Shown: one piece after another, positions 24,694 to 35,018 of the stretch
Position numbering within the stretch: position 1 is the stretch's first letter
Layout of the letters: the number at the start of each line of letters is the position of its first letter
Virus record (IMG/VR): IMGVR_UViG_3300031992_000011
Strand: one strand, 5' to 3'
DNA from: a virus
Lineage: Duplodnaviria; Caudoviricetes
Length of the DNA stretch: 64,000 nt
Notes under the pieces: model-generated
The model's database searches: none
Seen by the model: only the letters and a program-made list of their open reading frames with translations
What the model was told of the DNA's origin: nothing
Program-made: the position numbers and the translations under genes

Positions 24694-26042
24694 TCGGATT
24701 TGACGACATAAGGAAAGAAGGACTTCTGCTCTATGAGTATGTAAGAGGCAGTCACGCATACGGACTTCAGAAACCGGACGGAAGCAGCGACATTGACACC
24801 GGCGGTGTATTCATTGAACCATACGAGTGGATAGCCGGTCTCGGGCATGACGCAGTCGAACAGGTGGCGGATGCACGCGGTGACACTGTGTGGTATGCAC
24901 TCAAGAAATACCTCAGGCTCCTCATTGTCGCAAATCCGACTATGTTGGAGAGTCTGTTCGTGCCGGAACGTTGTGTCCTGTATGAACATCCTTTGTTCGG
25001 GACAATCAAGGCGAACCGAGACATCTTCGTCACCAAAGAATGTTTCAAGTCATTCCTTGGATATGCGGTGAATCAGATAAAGAAGTGCCGCGGACTGCAC
25101 AAAATGATAGTACAAGAGGATTTCGAGCGGAAACAGCCGCTTGATTTCTGCTATACGTTCTATGGGCAAGGAAGCAGCAAGATAACCAACTGGCTTGAGT
25201 ACAGAGGTCTCAAGCAGGAGTATTGCGGACTGGTGAATATTCCGAATATGCGAGACATCTACGGATGCTACTATGACTGGCACAGACATTTTACCGAGTG
25301 CGGAATCACATATGAAGAATTAATTGAGACATTTCTCAATGGCCGTCCGGACACAAATCTGTCTGTCGTCATTGACCGGATCAAGACATGCTCCGACAAT
25401 GCCGAGAAAGAACACCTTGAACGGATGCGTGAACTCGCGGTGAAATGGAACATGGTAGATTTCATAACGAGGGAAGTCCTCGGTATGAATGAGATTTATG
25501 ACGAACACGCCGCCTGCGCTGTGATAGCAGAATGGATGAACAGACTTCAAGACAATCACTACAGTGGAATTGTCGGTCCTGACGGTCAGTCAAACGAAAT
25601 TCGACTCTCGTCCATACCAAAAGGTGAGATGCCGATATGCAACATATCGTACAACAAGGACGGATACACCAAGCACTGCGTCGAATACAAGAACCTTCAG
25701 AGATGGAAAAGGGAGAGAAACCCCGAACGCTACAAAGAAAATGTCGGCAAGAACTTTGACCGAAAGAATGTCGCCCACGCCGTGCGATTGATGCACATGG
25801 GGATAGAGATCGCCAGAACCGGAAAGGTCAATGTAGACAGGACTGACATCGACCGCGACTTTATAATGGGGATACGAATGGGTGACACGTCATATGACGA
25901 GATAATGTCATATCTTGAGTCAAAAAAGTCCGAGCTTGAAGACGCCATGATGACGTCGACGATACCGGATAGCGTTGACATGGACAAAGTAAGTGAATTG
26001 CTTGTGGCAATGAGAGAACAATTCAATAATGTCAAAAACTGA
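24690..26042 (+). CDS. Pol-beta superfamily nucleotidyltransferase (RlaP/YcgL-like)
   Basis: GSHAYGL...SDIDTGGVF, ANPTMLESLF, KNVAHAVRL. Confidence 0.85.
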   Translation: MIGFDDIRKEGLLLYEYVRGSHAYGLQKPDGSSDIDTGGVFIEPYEWIAGLGHDAVEQVADARGDTVWYALKKYLRLLIVANPTMLESLFVPERCVLYEHPLFGTIKANRDIFVTKECFKSFLGYAVNQIKKCRGLHKMIVQEDFERKQPLDFCYTFYGQGSSKITNWLEYRGLKQEYCGLVNIPNMRDIYGCYYDWHRHFTECGITYEELIETFLNGRPDTNLSVVIDRIKTCSDNAEKEHLERMRELAVKWNMVDFITREVLGMNEIYDEHAACAVIAEWMNRLQDNHYSGIVGPDGQSNEIRLSSIPKGEMPICNISYNKDGYTKHCVEYKNLQRWKRERNPERYKENVGKNFDRKNVAHAVRLMHMGIEIARTGKVNVDRTDIDRDFIMGIRMGDTSYDEIMSYLESKKSELEDAMMTSTIPDSVDMDKVSELLVAMREQFNNVKN

Positions 26043-26053
26043 ACGAAAGTAAT

Positions 26054-26251
26054 ATGCAATATCCGTATCTTGGAAGGAAATACTTGGACGGCAAACCGTT
26101 TGTCGTCATGTTCTTTGAGGAAGAAAGGGGCATCGTTGTCATGAACGAAACCGGACACGATGAACTCAACATTGGGCAAGTGAAGGATTTTGACGAGGAT
26201 TCTTTTGAATACCTCCCGAATGACGTTGATGTGAGACTTAACAATGATTGA
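26054..26251 (+). CDS. hypothetical protein
   Basis: Coupled ORF. Confidence 0.7.
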   Translation: MQYPYLGRKYLDGKPFVVMFFEEERGIVVMNETGHDELNIGQVKDFDEDSFEYLPNDVDVRLNND

Positions 26252-27269
26252 TATGTTTTTTATAGGCAAAAATAAATTACCGGACAATTTCTACGGCTTT
26301 GGTGAACTGGCAAAGACGTTCATAAAAGACAACAACCTCAACTTCACATATGTGAATCCGAAGCAGTTCATGTACAGTCTCAAGATGAGGGACAGTGACG
26401 AATATATGGTTGAGAAATGGGAGTCCACACTCAGGCTTATTCTCGACACATTCAACGGGAATGTGTGGAAGTACTATGCATACAGGGAACATGTCATGAG
26501 GGATGCCATTCAGCAAATCACTTCTACGGATGCATACCAACAGTTTATCAACGGAGACATGTCCAAATATCAAACTGTGGATGCGGAAAAAGCGAGATAC
26601 AAGACCCATTACAACGAGGAATGTCTGAAAAAAGTCAAATATTTTTTCTCTGTTGACATGAATAACGCGAACTTTCAATCTATGAGTCATGTCGACAGTG
26701 CGATGTTTATGGGTGACATGACTTATTCGGCGTTCATCAGCCGATTCACCACAGTGCCAGACATTGTAATGAGCAAGCATTTCCGCAGTGTGCTTTTCGG
26801 CAAACTTTGTCCAAAACGCACGGTTCAAGTGACGAGACATTTAATGAGTGGTGTCGAGGACACTGTCAGAAGGGCGCTCAAGGCGAAATACAAACATTTC
26901 GTGCTGGTGTGCAGGAACACGGACGAGGTGATATATGAGACCGACCGGATGGTTTCTCCGTATGACGCGATGTACATCCGCATGATGGTTGGACAAGACA
27001 ACAAAATCAGCGTGAAGACACGATGCTTCACCATGGACGGGTACAAACTCATGTGTGACAAAAACATACCGGTCGACACGTTCTACATGTCGCATGACAT
27101 CGTGACCGGACATGACAAGACACATTCAATGAATGCGAGATATGCGAACATATGCCATAAACTGCTCGAAGGGAAAAAGGTCAGAAGAATGGATCGTCTG
27201 ACCTGTATAGAAAATGTCGAGATGGAGATGAAGGGAAATTTTAAAATTGAAAAAATCAAGAAGGGATGA
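26244..27269 (+). CDS. hypothetical protein with polymerase-palm-like acidic motifs
   Basis: FSVDMNNANFQS and NTDEVIY. Confidence 0.6.
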   Translation: MIDMFFIGKNKLPDNFYGFGELAKTFIKDNNLNFTYVNPKQFMYSLKMRDSDEYMVEKWESTLRLILDTFNGNVWKYYAYREHVMRDAIQQITSTDAYQQFINGDMSKYQTVDAEKARYKTHYNEECLKKVKYFFSVDMNNANFQSMSHVDSAMFMGDMTYSAFISRFTTVPDIVMSKHFRSVLFGKLCPKRTVQVTRHLMSGVEDTVRRALKAKYKHFVLVCRNTDEVIYETDRMVSPYDAMYIRMMVGQDNKISVKTRCFTMDGYKLMCDKNIPVDTFYMSHDIVTGHDKTHSMNARYANICHKLLEGKKVRRMDRLTCIENVEMEMKGNFKIEKIKKG

Positions 27270-27652
27270 AAAGTTTATTTGTAAAAATTTTCGTGACGTC
27301 AGTTATAGCGCTAACCAGCATATTCGCTTTCCCGTCGCATGTGGTGAGGGCGACAAAGTACTACGCAGGACACAATTGCGGTTTCGTCACCGCTGACGGA
27401 AGCCGAATAAATGTGGGCAAGGTTCACAATGGGCAGCACAGATGGGTTGCGTTGAGTCATGACATGTTCAGAAAAGGATATCGGCTCGGTGACAAAATAA
27501 TGGTCACGTCGTCGAACAGCCGGCTGAATGGAGTTTGGGTCGTGAAGGATAAAATGGGACCGAGGAAGCGGAACTCCATTGACTTCCTTATGACTCGCGG
27601 AAACAGCAAATGGTTCACGTCACCGTGCAAGGTGACAATAAGGAAGGTGTGA
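27266..27652 (+). CDS. 3D-domain (double-psi barrel) cell-wall enzyme-like protein
   Basis: Signal peptide, TADGS, WVALSHD, VKDKM, IDFL. Confidence 0.8.
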   Translation: MKSLFVKIFVTSVIALTSIFAFPSHVVRATKYYAGHNCGFVTADGSRINVGKVHNGQHRWVALSHDMFRKGYRLGDKIMVTSSNSRLNGVWVVKDKMGPRKRNSIDFLMTRGNSKWFTSPCKVTIRKV

Positions 27653-27653
27653 T

Positions 27654-27902
27654 ATGTTGAGCGGAAACAAGGAACACGACCGGTTGAGGCAGGAATATAA
27701 CCGCCGCATCATCAGAATGATTTCCGACAAGGTTGAAAATCATCCATACCTCAGGTTTGGACAGATACTTGTGAGTTGTGGCGTGATAGAAGACGGTAAG
27801 GACCCGTTCTATGACGAGCCTTGGGAAATTTATTATCGCATGAAAAGATATGCTTCAAAAGAAGAAACCGAATATGGAAACCAACAGGATAACAATAAGT
27901 GA
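27654..27902 (+). CDS. hypothetical protein
   Basis: HPYLRFGQIL...DPFYDE. Confidence 0.7.
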   Translation: MLSGNKEHDRLRQEYNRRIIRMISDKVENHPYLRFGQILVSCGVIEDGKDPFYDEPWEIYYRMKRYASKEETEYGNQQDNNK

Positions 27903-28626
27903 GGCCAGTCCTGTCGACAAACTCAATGGAAAGGTCGTGGACAAGATGATCATCACAAAGCCTTGCGACACATGCGGGAGTATGATGGTGATGACATTCA
28001 TGGACGGAACTTATTTTGCCATAACAGTCAACATGGATTCACTGAGCGGGAACTGTGAGTTTAAGAACATGCAACTTATGTCGCCGGTAGCGTATCTCAA
28101 GGGAAAAATCATATTCGACGGAGAATCTGTCCATGTTGACGACAGTGTCAGAAAAATGCAAGAGGTTGGTGTCATAGGTCTCACGGATGAACATGTACAG
28201 AACGAGACCGAGCGTGTTGTGGTTGACGCAGAGATGAAACTGATGGAGGAATACAATTCCTTCAGGTACAAATACGCGAACGGATATCGCGGGGCAACGC
28301 CTGTGGTGAAACTGTGGCAGATGTCAAAAGACGGCAGAATCCCCAAAGACGTGATAGAACGCGTCAAGGGTGTGATGTCAAAAACAGAGCAGAGATATTG
28401 GGATGTTTTTGAAGGCGCATATGGCAATCTGATAATTCAACTTAAAAGCATGCGAACACTTCTGCTCGTCATCGTATCCGAAAACTCCGTGTCATACATC
28501 CTCGATAAAGGGGATGACGCCCAACGGAGGACATACAAGGGGAAGTTCAACGGACGGGACGAGGATTCATTGTCGATTCTGTTAAACAATCTAAAAGATT
28601 CACAGTTCCCGATGTGGTTTGGCTGA
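27874..28626 (+). CDS. hypothetical protein
   Basis: ORF 27850..28626. Confidence 0.7.
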   Translation: METNRITISEASPVDKLNGKVVDKMIITKPCDTCGSMMVMTFMDGTYFAITVNMDSLSGNCEFKNMQLMSPVAYLKGKIIFDGESVHVDDSVRKMQEVGVIGLTDEHVQNETERVVVDAEMKLMEEYNSFRYKYANGYRGATPVVKLWQMSKDGRIPKDVIERVKGVMSKTEQRYWDVFEGAYGNLIIQLKSMRTLLLVIVSENSVSYILDKGDDAQRRTYKGKFNGRDEDSLSILLNNLKDSQFPMWFG

Positions 28627-28665
28627 AAATTATTAACTTTGCGGTACAAAAAATAGAAACACAAT

Positions 28666-29451
28666 ATGCCATCTTTCAATGAGACAATAAAAAGTGTGTC
28701 ATACAGTCAGCATGAGATATTGTACAACATCATGCAGATGCACAACGAAGGAAAACCATTCGACTGTGACATGACCTATTCAAAGGGAGCGTTCTACGGT
28801 GATTTCACCATACAGCGCGACAACGGGGAAAAGTTCAGTTTCTCCGTGCCAAGACCGGAGCACACGTTCGACGTCGCGCCTCAGGACGACCTCACCGTGA
28901 AGATAGACCCTCTCGGTCCGCTTCCGCTGAACGACGCTTCAATAGACTCGATAGTCTGCGACTTACCGTTCGTCATATCGTGCGGACCTTCGATGGACGG
29001 ACCTGACTACGACGAGGACGGAAAACGGGTGAAGAACAACATCATATCACGAAGGTTCGCATCGTACTATCCTGTTGCGCAACTGACCGAGTCATATTAC
29101 CATTGGATGGAGGAGATGCATCGTGTGCTAAGGCCGGACGGCATCGCCATCGTGAAGTGCCAGAAGACGATAACGGGCAGCAAGGCGCTGAACACGCCGG
29201 AGTTCGTGTGGATGGCCGCAGAGAGTCTCGGAATGGACATGATGGACTCGTTCATGCTCGTGGCGAAGGCAAGACTCATATCAGGAAAGGTCAAACAGCA
29301 GCAGCACAGCAGAAGATTCGAGAGTGAATTCCTCGTGATACGGAACAACATGAAGAAAAAAATCAAGTACCTTGACTTCTGCAGCGAGGAAACAGCAAGG
29401 AAGATAGTGGACGGACTGTTCATCAACAACATCGCCAAACGGCGGAAATAA
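28666..29451 (+). CDS. DNA amino-methyltransferase-like protein
   Basis: DMTYSKGAFY, IVCDLPF (DPPY variant), RVLRPDG; TAACTTTG at 28634. Confidence 0.75.
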   Translation: MPSFNETIKSVSYSQHEILYNIMQMHNEGKPFDCDMTYSKGAFYGDFTIQRDNGEKFSFSVPRPEHTFDVAPQDDLTVKIDPLGPLPLNDASIDSIVCDLPFVISCGPSMDGPDYDEDGKRVKNNIISRRFASYYPVAQLTESYYHWMEEMHRVLRPDGIAIVKCQKTITGSKALNTPEFVWMAAESLGMDMMDSFMLVAKARLISGKVKQQQHSRRFESEFLVIRNNMKKKIKYLDFCSEETARKIVDGLFINNIAKRRK

Positions 29452-29471
29452 TACGGAAAATATGCAAACGA

Positions 29472-30254
29472 TTGTCACACCACATCATTCAGTTCAACCG
29501 GGAATCTTGCATACAGGCAAGATCCATATTAGGGAAGGACAAAACCGCAAGTGTAACATGGCGGTTCAATTTTGCGCCCAGCAACCGAATCGGAAACTGC
29601 ACGAACCTTTACCGAAAGATCAGGCCAAAGAATGTCGAGGAGTTTTTTGACAAGTACGTCGGGTTCGCGGAGGAGCACCTGTCACTGCCGATAAGGGACA
29701 GAGGTTTAACCGAGCACGAAATACTTCAGGTTGCGCGTGACTACAAGATGATGAGCGAGAACGGCACTGACAAGAACATCGAAGTGTCGACGTATCTGTA
29801 CGACGCATTGTGCCACATCATAGTGGAAACATGGGACGGACAGAGAAACGAGCGCGAATTCGCTGATTTTTTACGGTCGCTCGGATATCGTTGTGAGAAC
29901 TTCGACGGAAGCATAGACGCAAAATACGGTCTCGACATCAAGGTCACGCGGGCAGACGGGAGAGTTTCCGCCATCCAAATAAAGCCTGTCTCGTTTTTCC
30001 TGTCAAACCGTCCCGATGTGCAGATGGACCGCATCAACCTCTGCAAAAAGTATGAGGACGCGCTCGAACAACTTGGGGTCAAAACATATTACGCAATATA
30101 CAGGACCGACAAGGAAAGCGGAGACACCCTATGGTCAAAGAACGGGCAAGGGTTCAGATATCGCATCAATGAACTGTTCTCATATCAGAAGGGGGATATC
30201 GAAGGAACTTTCGCAAGAATGCCCCACACATACAATTTCCAACCGTTGCCATAA
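29472..30254 (+). CDS. PD-(D/E)XK restriction endonuclease-like protein (MjaI-like)
   Basis: ETWDG..E..DAKYGLD..AIQIKP.SF; adjacent to MTase. Confidence 0.6.
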   Translation: MSHHIIQFNRESCIQARSILGKDKTASVTWRFNFAPSNRIGNCTNLYRKIRPKNVEEFFDKYVGFAEEHLSLPIRDRGLTEHEILQVARDYKMMSENGTDKNIEVSTYLYDALCHIIVETWDGQRNEREFADFLRSLGYRCENFDGSIDAKYGLDIKVTRADGRVSAIQIKPVSFFLSNRPDVQMDRINLCKKYEDALEQLGVKTYYAIYRTDKESGDTLWSKNGQGFRYRINELFSYQKGDIEGTFARMPHTYNFQPLP

Positions 30255-30292
30255 TGACGGACAAAGATGGATAAATGACATGGTTTCTATTG

Positions 30293-30347
30293 TTAACATT
30301 TATTAACAAAAAAGATTTTGTCATTCCATTTTTTTTACATACCTTTC
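30293..30347 (+). promoter_or_regulatory. promoter with TTAA-N6-TTAA box
   Basis: TTAA 30293/30303, TTTG 30317, TACCTTTC 30340. Confidence 0.7.
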
Positions 30348-30416
30348 GGTTGTTCCGTTTGAATGAGGCGGAACAATATACAAAGTACAACCATTTTATA
30401 AAACATTAAAGTTAAC

Positions 30417-30638
30417 ATGAAAATTTCAATCAGCAAGACGAAAGCTACTATCATCGAGAAAATCAACGAGAAAATGCAAAACGACCCGGACTTCATGAAG
30501 ACGTTCGTGCAGAACACAGATACTGTACCCGCAGAAGGCACTGATGCGTACAACTTTGTGACAGACCTCTTCGGAGAGTGGACGCTTGCCGGCATGGTGC
30601 AGATCCGTTCATGCATCGCAGGGTTGCTTTGCCGCTAA
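30417..30638 (+). CDS. hypothetical protein
   Basis: ORF after promoter. Confidence 0.7.
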   Translation: MKISISKTKATIIEKINEKMQNDPDFMKTFVQNTDTVPAEGTDAYNFVTDLFGEWTLAGMVQIRSCIAGLLCR

Positions 30639-30658
30639 TCCAAAATAACACAACGGTC

Positions 30659-31363
30659 ATGAAAACAATGAAATTAAGTATTGAGCGCCTAATGGTCGGG
30701 GACTATGTCTACTACGACGGCAATGTATTCATCGAGGACGAATACGAACCTGCTGTCGAGTTGGAAATCGTTAAGATTCTCAATGGGGACGACATAGACC
30801 TTGCCTACGAGGAATGTTTCTATGGCATTCCGTTGTCTGATGATTCGTTGACCCGATTTGGGTTCAAAAAAGCGACCGAGAAATGTGAAGACCCGTTCAA
30901 CGAAGGAACCGAGTTGACGATGCACGTTGCCGAGTTCAAGGAACAATTGTCAGGTGACGGTGTTGCCACGAACCGAGTTGTTGTCTACCCTGGCGGGTCT
31001 GTCAGCATTGATTCGGCAACGTGCCACATTACGGTACACTGTGAGTACATCCACGAGATTCAGCACGCCATGCGGGTGGCCGGAATGAAGAAGGATTTGG
31101 TATTGACAGAAGACAAACCATTGGCAATGACAGAAGACGAACCGGCGAATCAGTGGCACGACAACGAAAAAGAGGACATTTGGGACTCGTTCGATGACTG
31201 GGAATTTCACCATTTCATCTGTATGATGAAGGACGGCAATGTTGTCACATTTAGAGGCATTTGTGACGAGACTGCGGACGGTGAAATACACAAGCACATA
31301 GACTGCACGGACGCTGACTATAACACGGACGACATCCGTTGTTGGGTTGAAACGCCACGATAG
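30659..31363 (+). CDS. hypothetical phage protein
   Basis: LMVGDYV...IPLSDDSL.RFGF...HEIQH. Confidence 0.7.
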   Translation: MKTMKLSIERLMVGDYVYYDGNVFIEDEYEPAVELEIVKILNGDDIDLAYEECFYGIPLSDDSLTRFGFKKATEKCEDPFNEGTELTMHVAEFKEQLSGDGVATNRVVVYPGGSVSIDSATCHITVHCEYIHEIQHAMRVAGMKKDLVLTEDKPLAMTEDEPANQWHDNEKEDIWDSFDDWEFHHFICMMKDGNVVTFRGICDETADGEIHKHIDCTDADYNTDDIRCWVETPR

Positions 31364-31391
31364 ACCTGTTAACTACTCACGAATGAAAAAT

Positions 31392-31841
31392 ATGATTGAC
31401 ACAAGAGAACTACGAGAGAAGATAAAGGAAAACGCCATCCGTTTGAACGACATGGGGCGTGAAGTCGAAACCAAAAAGAGGGAAATCAATCATCAGGCAC
31501 TGGAACTCATTTCAAAACTGAAAGAAATCCCCAATTGGGAGGAGTTGGTGCGTGAGACATCTAGATGGGTGTTACAGGTCCCTGGTTTCACTAAAAGATG
31601 CTATGCTGACTGCGACACGTTGGATAATACAATAAGCATGTATTACACCACGCATGACGTTTTTGACATCGAACTTTTACTTTTTGAGATACCTCTCGAT
31701 GTCGAACTCGACGAGCTCGTCAAGGACGCAGTCAGAAAAAGCGATGAGTTGAAGAAGATACAGGAAAAGAAAAAGATGGAGAAAGAACTAGCTGAACTCA
31801 AAAGACTGCAGGAGAAATACAAAGACTACGAAAAGCAATAA
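31392..31841 (+). CDS. hypothetical protein
   Basis: ORF; start uncertain. Confidence 0.65.
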   Translation: MIDTRELREKIKENAIRLNDMGREVETKKREINHQALELISKLKEIPNWEELVRETSRWVLQVPGFTKRCYADCDTLDNTISMYYTTHDVFDIELLLFEIPLDVELDELVKDAVRKSDELKKIQEKKKMEKELAELKRLQEKYKDYEKQ

Positions 31842-31847
31842 AACAAT

Positions 31848-32066
31848 ATGGAAAGTCAGGAGGCGAAACTGTATAGCGGGAAGAGACTGGTACATCAGTT
31901 GTACCTGCTTGGGTGTAACGACGACATTGACGAAATAACAATCGGAAAAGACGGCAATATGGTTGTTTCGACAATAGAGACGGTTCAGAAGGGCGAAGGA
32001 GACCATGTCGAATTCGTATCCGAGGAGAGAGAATATACAGGTATCACAAGAATCAGTTTCAAATAA
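31848..32066 (+). CDS. hypothetical protein
   Basis: Operon ORF. Confidence 0.65.
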   Translation: MESQEAKLYSGKRLVHQLYLLGCNDDIDEITIGKDGNMVVSTIETVQKGEGDHVEFVSEEREYTGITRISFK

Positions 32067-32070
32067 AGTC

Positions 32071-32319
32071 ATGGATAAGGAAAAACTAGAAAGACTGTTG
32101 AATGTCGCCATCAAGGTACTGCTTGGAGACGAGCATGAGGAGAACGGAACGTATTCCCTTTATTTCGACAGGGAGCTGTACATTGACACCAACGGTGACA
32201 AAAGAAAGATTGCAGAATTGTTCAACGAAGGAAAACTTGACATTGTTGAGATGCCAGAATACCCATATGACAACCACTGCGGTCTAAAGTTAAAGTACAA
32301 GGACGAGAAGGAGGACTGA
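32071..32319 (+). CDS. hypothetical protein
   Basis: Operon ORF. Confidence 0.65.
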   Translation: MDKEKLERLLNVAIKVLLGDEHEENGTYSLYFDRELYIDTNGDKRKIAELFNEGKLDIVEMPEYPYDNHCGLKLKYKDEKED

Positions 32320-32321
32320 CC

Positions 32322-32738
32322 ATGGACGATAACTTCAATTCTATTGATTATGCTGACCTTTATGACGTAAAACCTGGCGAGAAAGATTTCGGCGGCGCAA
32401 TTGAAAGGGCAATTGAAGAAGGACCGAAACATGTCGGCGAAGACTTCCTCGACGCAAACGCCGAAATGCGTGAAATGAGAAGGGAGGAAGTCATAAACAG
32501 TCTGCAATACAACGCGGCAAAGGAAGCGCTGCGTAGAAACGCAAACTCTGCCGATGATTTCGAGGATGGCGCAGAATACGGATACCAGTTTGCAATTGAC
32601 AAGGTATGCAGATGGCTTGAGACGAACTGGGAAGATTTGGGTTACGCCTGGTTAAGAGGATACTCTGGCAAGGACGTTGCCGACTTTTTAAAAGAAGAAA
32701 TTGAGAATGGAGAAACGGGACAAGGAAATACTGATTAG
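32322..32738 (+). CDS. hypothetical protein
   Basis: Operon ORF. Confidence 0.7.
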   Translation: MDDNFNSIDYADLYDVKPGEKDFGGAIERAIEEGPKHVGEDFLDANAEMREMRREEVINSLQYNAAKEALRRNANSADDFEDGAEYGYQFAIDKVCRWLETNWEDLGYAWLRGYSGKDVADFLKEEIENGETGQGNTD

Positions 32739-33102
32739 GTTCATGTGCGAATGTCAGCCATACGGAATGAAGTGTGACGTACACGGACGCGTGCGTGAAC
32801 TAAGATATGTCGACACCAAGAAAGGAACGGCTTGCTTCGAGTCTGAACTTGGAAACGGCTATGTTCCACAGGAGTATCCGATTGAGGAGGCAAAACCATA
32901 TGTAAGGCCATTAAAAAACCTTACAGAGGAGGAGTTTTCCGAAATCAAACCGACGCTGCTTTCGACCCCATCAAACATTGAGGAGTCACTCGCCATAATA
33001 GACAAGTGGGGCTTTTTCGTGAGAAGAAAACATATTGACTATTTGGGACTGCTCGAAAATGGGCTAGGCGTCTCAACAGAAACGTTTAACCCGTACGAAT
33101 AA
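32707..33102 (+). CDS. hypothetical phage protein
   Basis: KPYVRPL...HIDYLGL. Confidence 0.7.
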   Translation: MEKRDKEILIRFMCECQPYGMKCDVHGRVRELRYVDTKKGTACFESELGNGYVPQEYPIEEAKPYVRPLKNLTEEEFSEIKPTLLSTPSNIEESLAIIDKWGFFVRRKHIDYLGLLENGLGVSTETFNPYE

Positions 33103-33115
33103 AAACTATAAAGAT

Positions 33116-33472
33116 ATGGAAACATTCAATGTATTGTTATGGGACTTCAACAGAGATGAGCTTGAGTACTATGATGTGCTCCCTTATCTCAGGGACAGGT
33201 ATGATGAGAGAAAGAAACGTTCCAAAAAGGTTGGAAAGGACAAGGAAGTCTCAAAGTTTTGGAAGGTCCCGGAGACGCTTGACGAGTTCAAGGAGTTCAT
33301 CAAGGAAGAGTCCATGCACCAGTTCTGGGCGAGATGCGAATACGAGATGATTTGCCACGGATGGCCGGTGAGGAAGAACGACCATAAACTTGACGTCCAT
33401 GAGCAGATAATGATGAACCTCGACGTAATCGCGAGGATTATGCACGATGAATTGGGCAAGAAGGCTAAGTGA
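33116..33472 (+). CDS. hypothetical phage protein
   Basis: FWARCEYE...KLDVHEQI. Confidence 0.75.
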   Translation: METFNVLLWDFNRDELEYYDVLPYLRDRYDERKKRSKKVGKDKEVSKFWKVPETLDEFKEFIKEESMHQFWARCEYEMICHGWPVRKNDHKLDVHEQIMMNLDVIARIMHDELGKKAK

Positions 33473-33522
33473 CCGCCCCAACGGATTCATTCGTTGGTTT
33501 TCCCGCAGGCATGTTATGACAC

Positions 33523-33560
33523 AAATCCTCCGAAAGGTGAAAAACCTGCCGGAGGATTTT
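33523..33560 (+). terminator. intrinsic terminator
   Basis: AAATCCTCCG/CGGAGGATTT. Confidence 0.65.
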
Positions 33561-33634
33561 CATGTTTAGTTTCTGTAAGTATATTAATTCGTGTGAACAA
33601 CAGTCATATGCTTCTCTAAAAAGTTCCGTCAATT

Positions 33635-33689
33635 TTAACAATTTTTTTGAAAAAACTTTTGCGTATGAGAAATATTTTCACTACCTTTG
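33635..33689 (+). promoter_or_regulatory. Bacteroidota-type promoter
   Basis: TTAA 33635, TTTG 33658, TACCTTTG 33682. Confidence 0.75.
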
Positions 33690-33717
33690 CCACATAAAGA
33701 AAAAAAAATAGTGAAAT

Positions 33718-34245
33718 ATGTCAAAAACAGTGAAGATGAAACAGATTGATGAGATGCAAATTTATGTCGTCAAGTCTGTCACCGGGCAATATGAAGACAA
33801 GACGTTTCACGTCGAGCGTGCATTCACGACTGTCGAGTCGGCGAAGGCATATGCGAGGGCGATGAACAGTGACCTCAAAAAATACGAGGACGCCTATTCT
33901 CTATGTGATGATTACGAGAAGAAGCGTGACGGTGTATACCGAGAATACCTGAGAAGCGTCGACGCAGGACTTCTTGATAGATGTGAGCGACTGTTCGGTG
34001 GCGAAGAACCGACAGATGGAATTCTCACCGACGAACAGGAAGCGGATATCAACCGCTATGAAGAAATGTTCGCCGTTCTCATGAGAAACTGCGAATCAGA
34101 TGAATTCACCAAAGCGGCCGTGTCTTATGGTCTTAGTGACGCGGAGATTGAAGAATTGCGCAACGCAGTGACATACGAGGAGAAATCGTATGAGATTCCT
34201 TATTATTATGTGCAGCACGAACCTGTGACGCTTAAACTGTTCTGA
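33718..34245 (+). CDS. hypothetical protein
   Basis: ORF. Confidence 0.7.
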   Translation: MSKTVKMKQIDEMQIYVVKSVTGQYEDKTFHVERAFTTVESAKAYARAMNSDLKKYEDAYSLCDDYEKKRDGVYREYLRSVDAGLLDRCERLFGGEEPTDGILTDEQEADINRYEEMFAVLMRNCESDEFTKAAVSYGLSDAEIEELRNAVTYEEKSYEIPYYYVQHEPVTLKLF

Positions 34246-34247
34246 GT

Positions 34248-35018
34248 ATGCGATATCTTGGTAGCAAAAGAAGGTTTGTGAAGTCAATGATGCCGGTGCT
34301 TCTGTCGGGAACAAACACCGACACAGTGTTTGTCGACGCGTTCTGCGGAGGATGCAATGTTGTGTCTGCCATCCCCCTCAAAAACAAGTTCGCCATAGAC
34401 ACCAACAAGTACATGATAGCCTTTTGGAAAGAAGCGGTGGACGAATACATGAACGGGGACGGTTTCACGTGCATGCTGCCGTCATACACCGAGGACACAT
34501 ACCGTGACGTGATGAGGTCTTACCGAGACAATGACGGCCGGTACAAGGACTCGTTCATCGGATATGTCGGTTCCGCCGGTTCTTGGGGTGGAGGATGGTT
34601 CAAGGGTTACCCGCACTACAATCCGAACAAGGACGAGGACCATCTTAAAGAGGCGTTCAACGGTGTCATCAAGCAGCTGTCGAATTGGAAGAGTCTTTCG
34701 AGCACTGTGTTCATCAACGCTTCATATGATGAGTTCGACTATCCGGCGGGATGTGTGATATACTGCGACCCGCCATACAGAGGGACTGTCGGATACGAGA
34801 AGGAAAAGCAGTTTGACCATGCCGCATTCTGGGATTGGGTCAGAAAGATGAGTCGAAAAGGGCATAAGGTGTATGTCTCAGAATATGCCGCACCTGACGA
34901 TTTCAGATGCGTATGGTCCGCCGAGAAACCTGACGGTTTGGGCACATGCCGAACCGGATACAAACAGAACAGGAAAGTTGAACGCCTTTTCGTTTACGGA
35001 AATGAGGATCAAGATTGA
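34248..35018 (+). CDS. Dam-like DNA adenine methyltransferase
   Basis: RYLGSK, FVDAFCGGCNV, IYCDPPY, VYVSEY. Confidence 0.9.
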   Translation: MRYLGSKRRFVKSMMPVLLSGTNTDTVFVDAFCGGCNVVSAIPLKNKFAIDTNKYMIAFWKEAVDEYMNGDGFTCMLPSYTEDTYRDVMRSYRDNDGRYKDSFIGYVGSAGSWGGGWFKGYPHYNPNKDEDHLKEAFNGVIKQLSNWKSLSSTVFINASYDEFDYPAGCVIYCDPPYRGTVGYEKEKQFDHAAFWDWVRKMSRKGHKVYVSEYAAPDDFRCVWSAEKPDGLGTCRTGYKQNRKVERLFVYGNEDQD

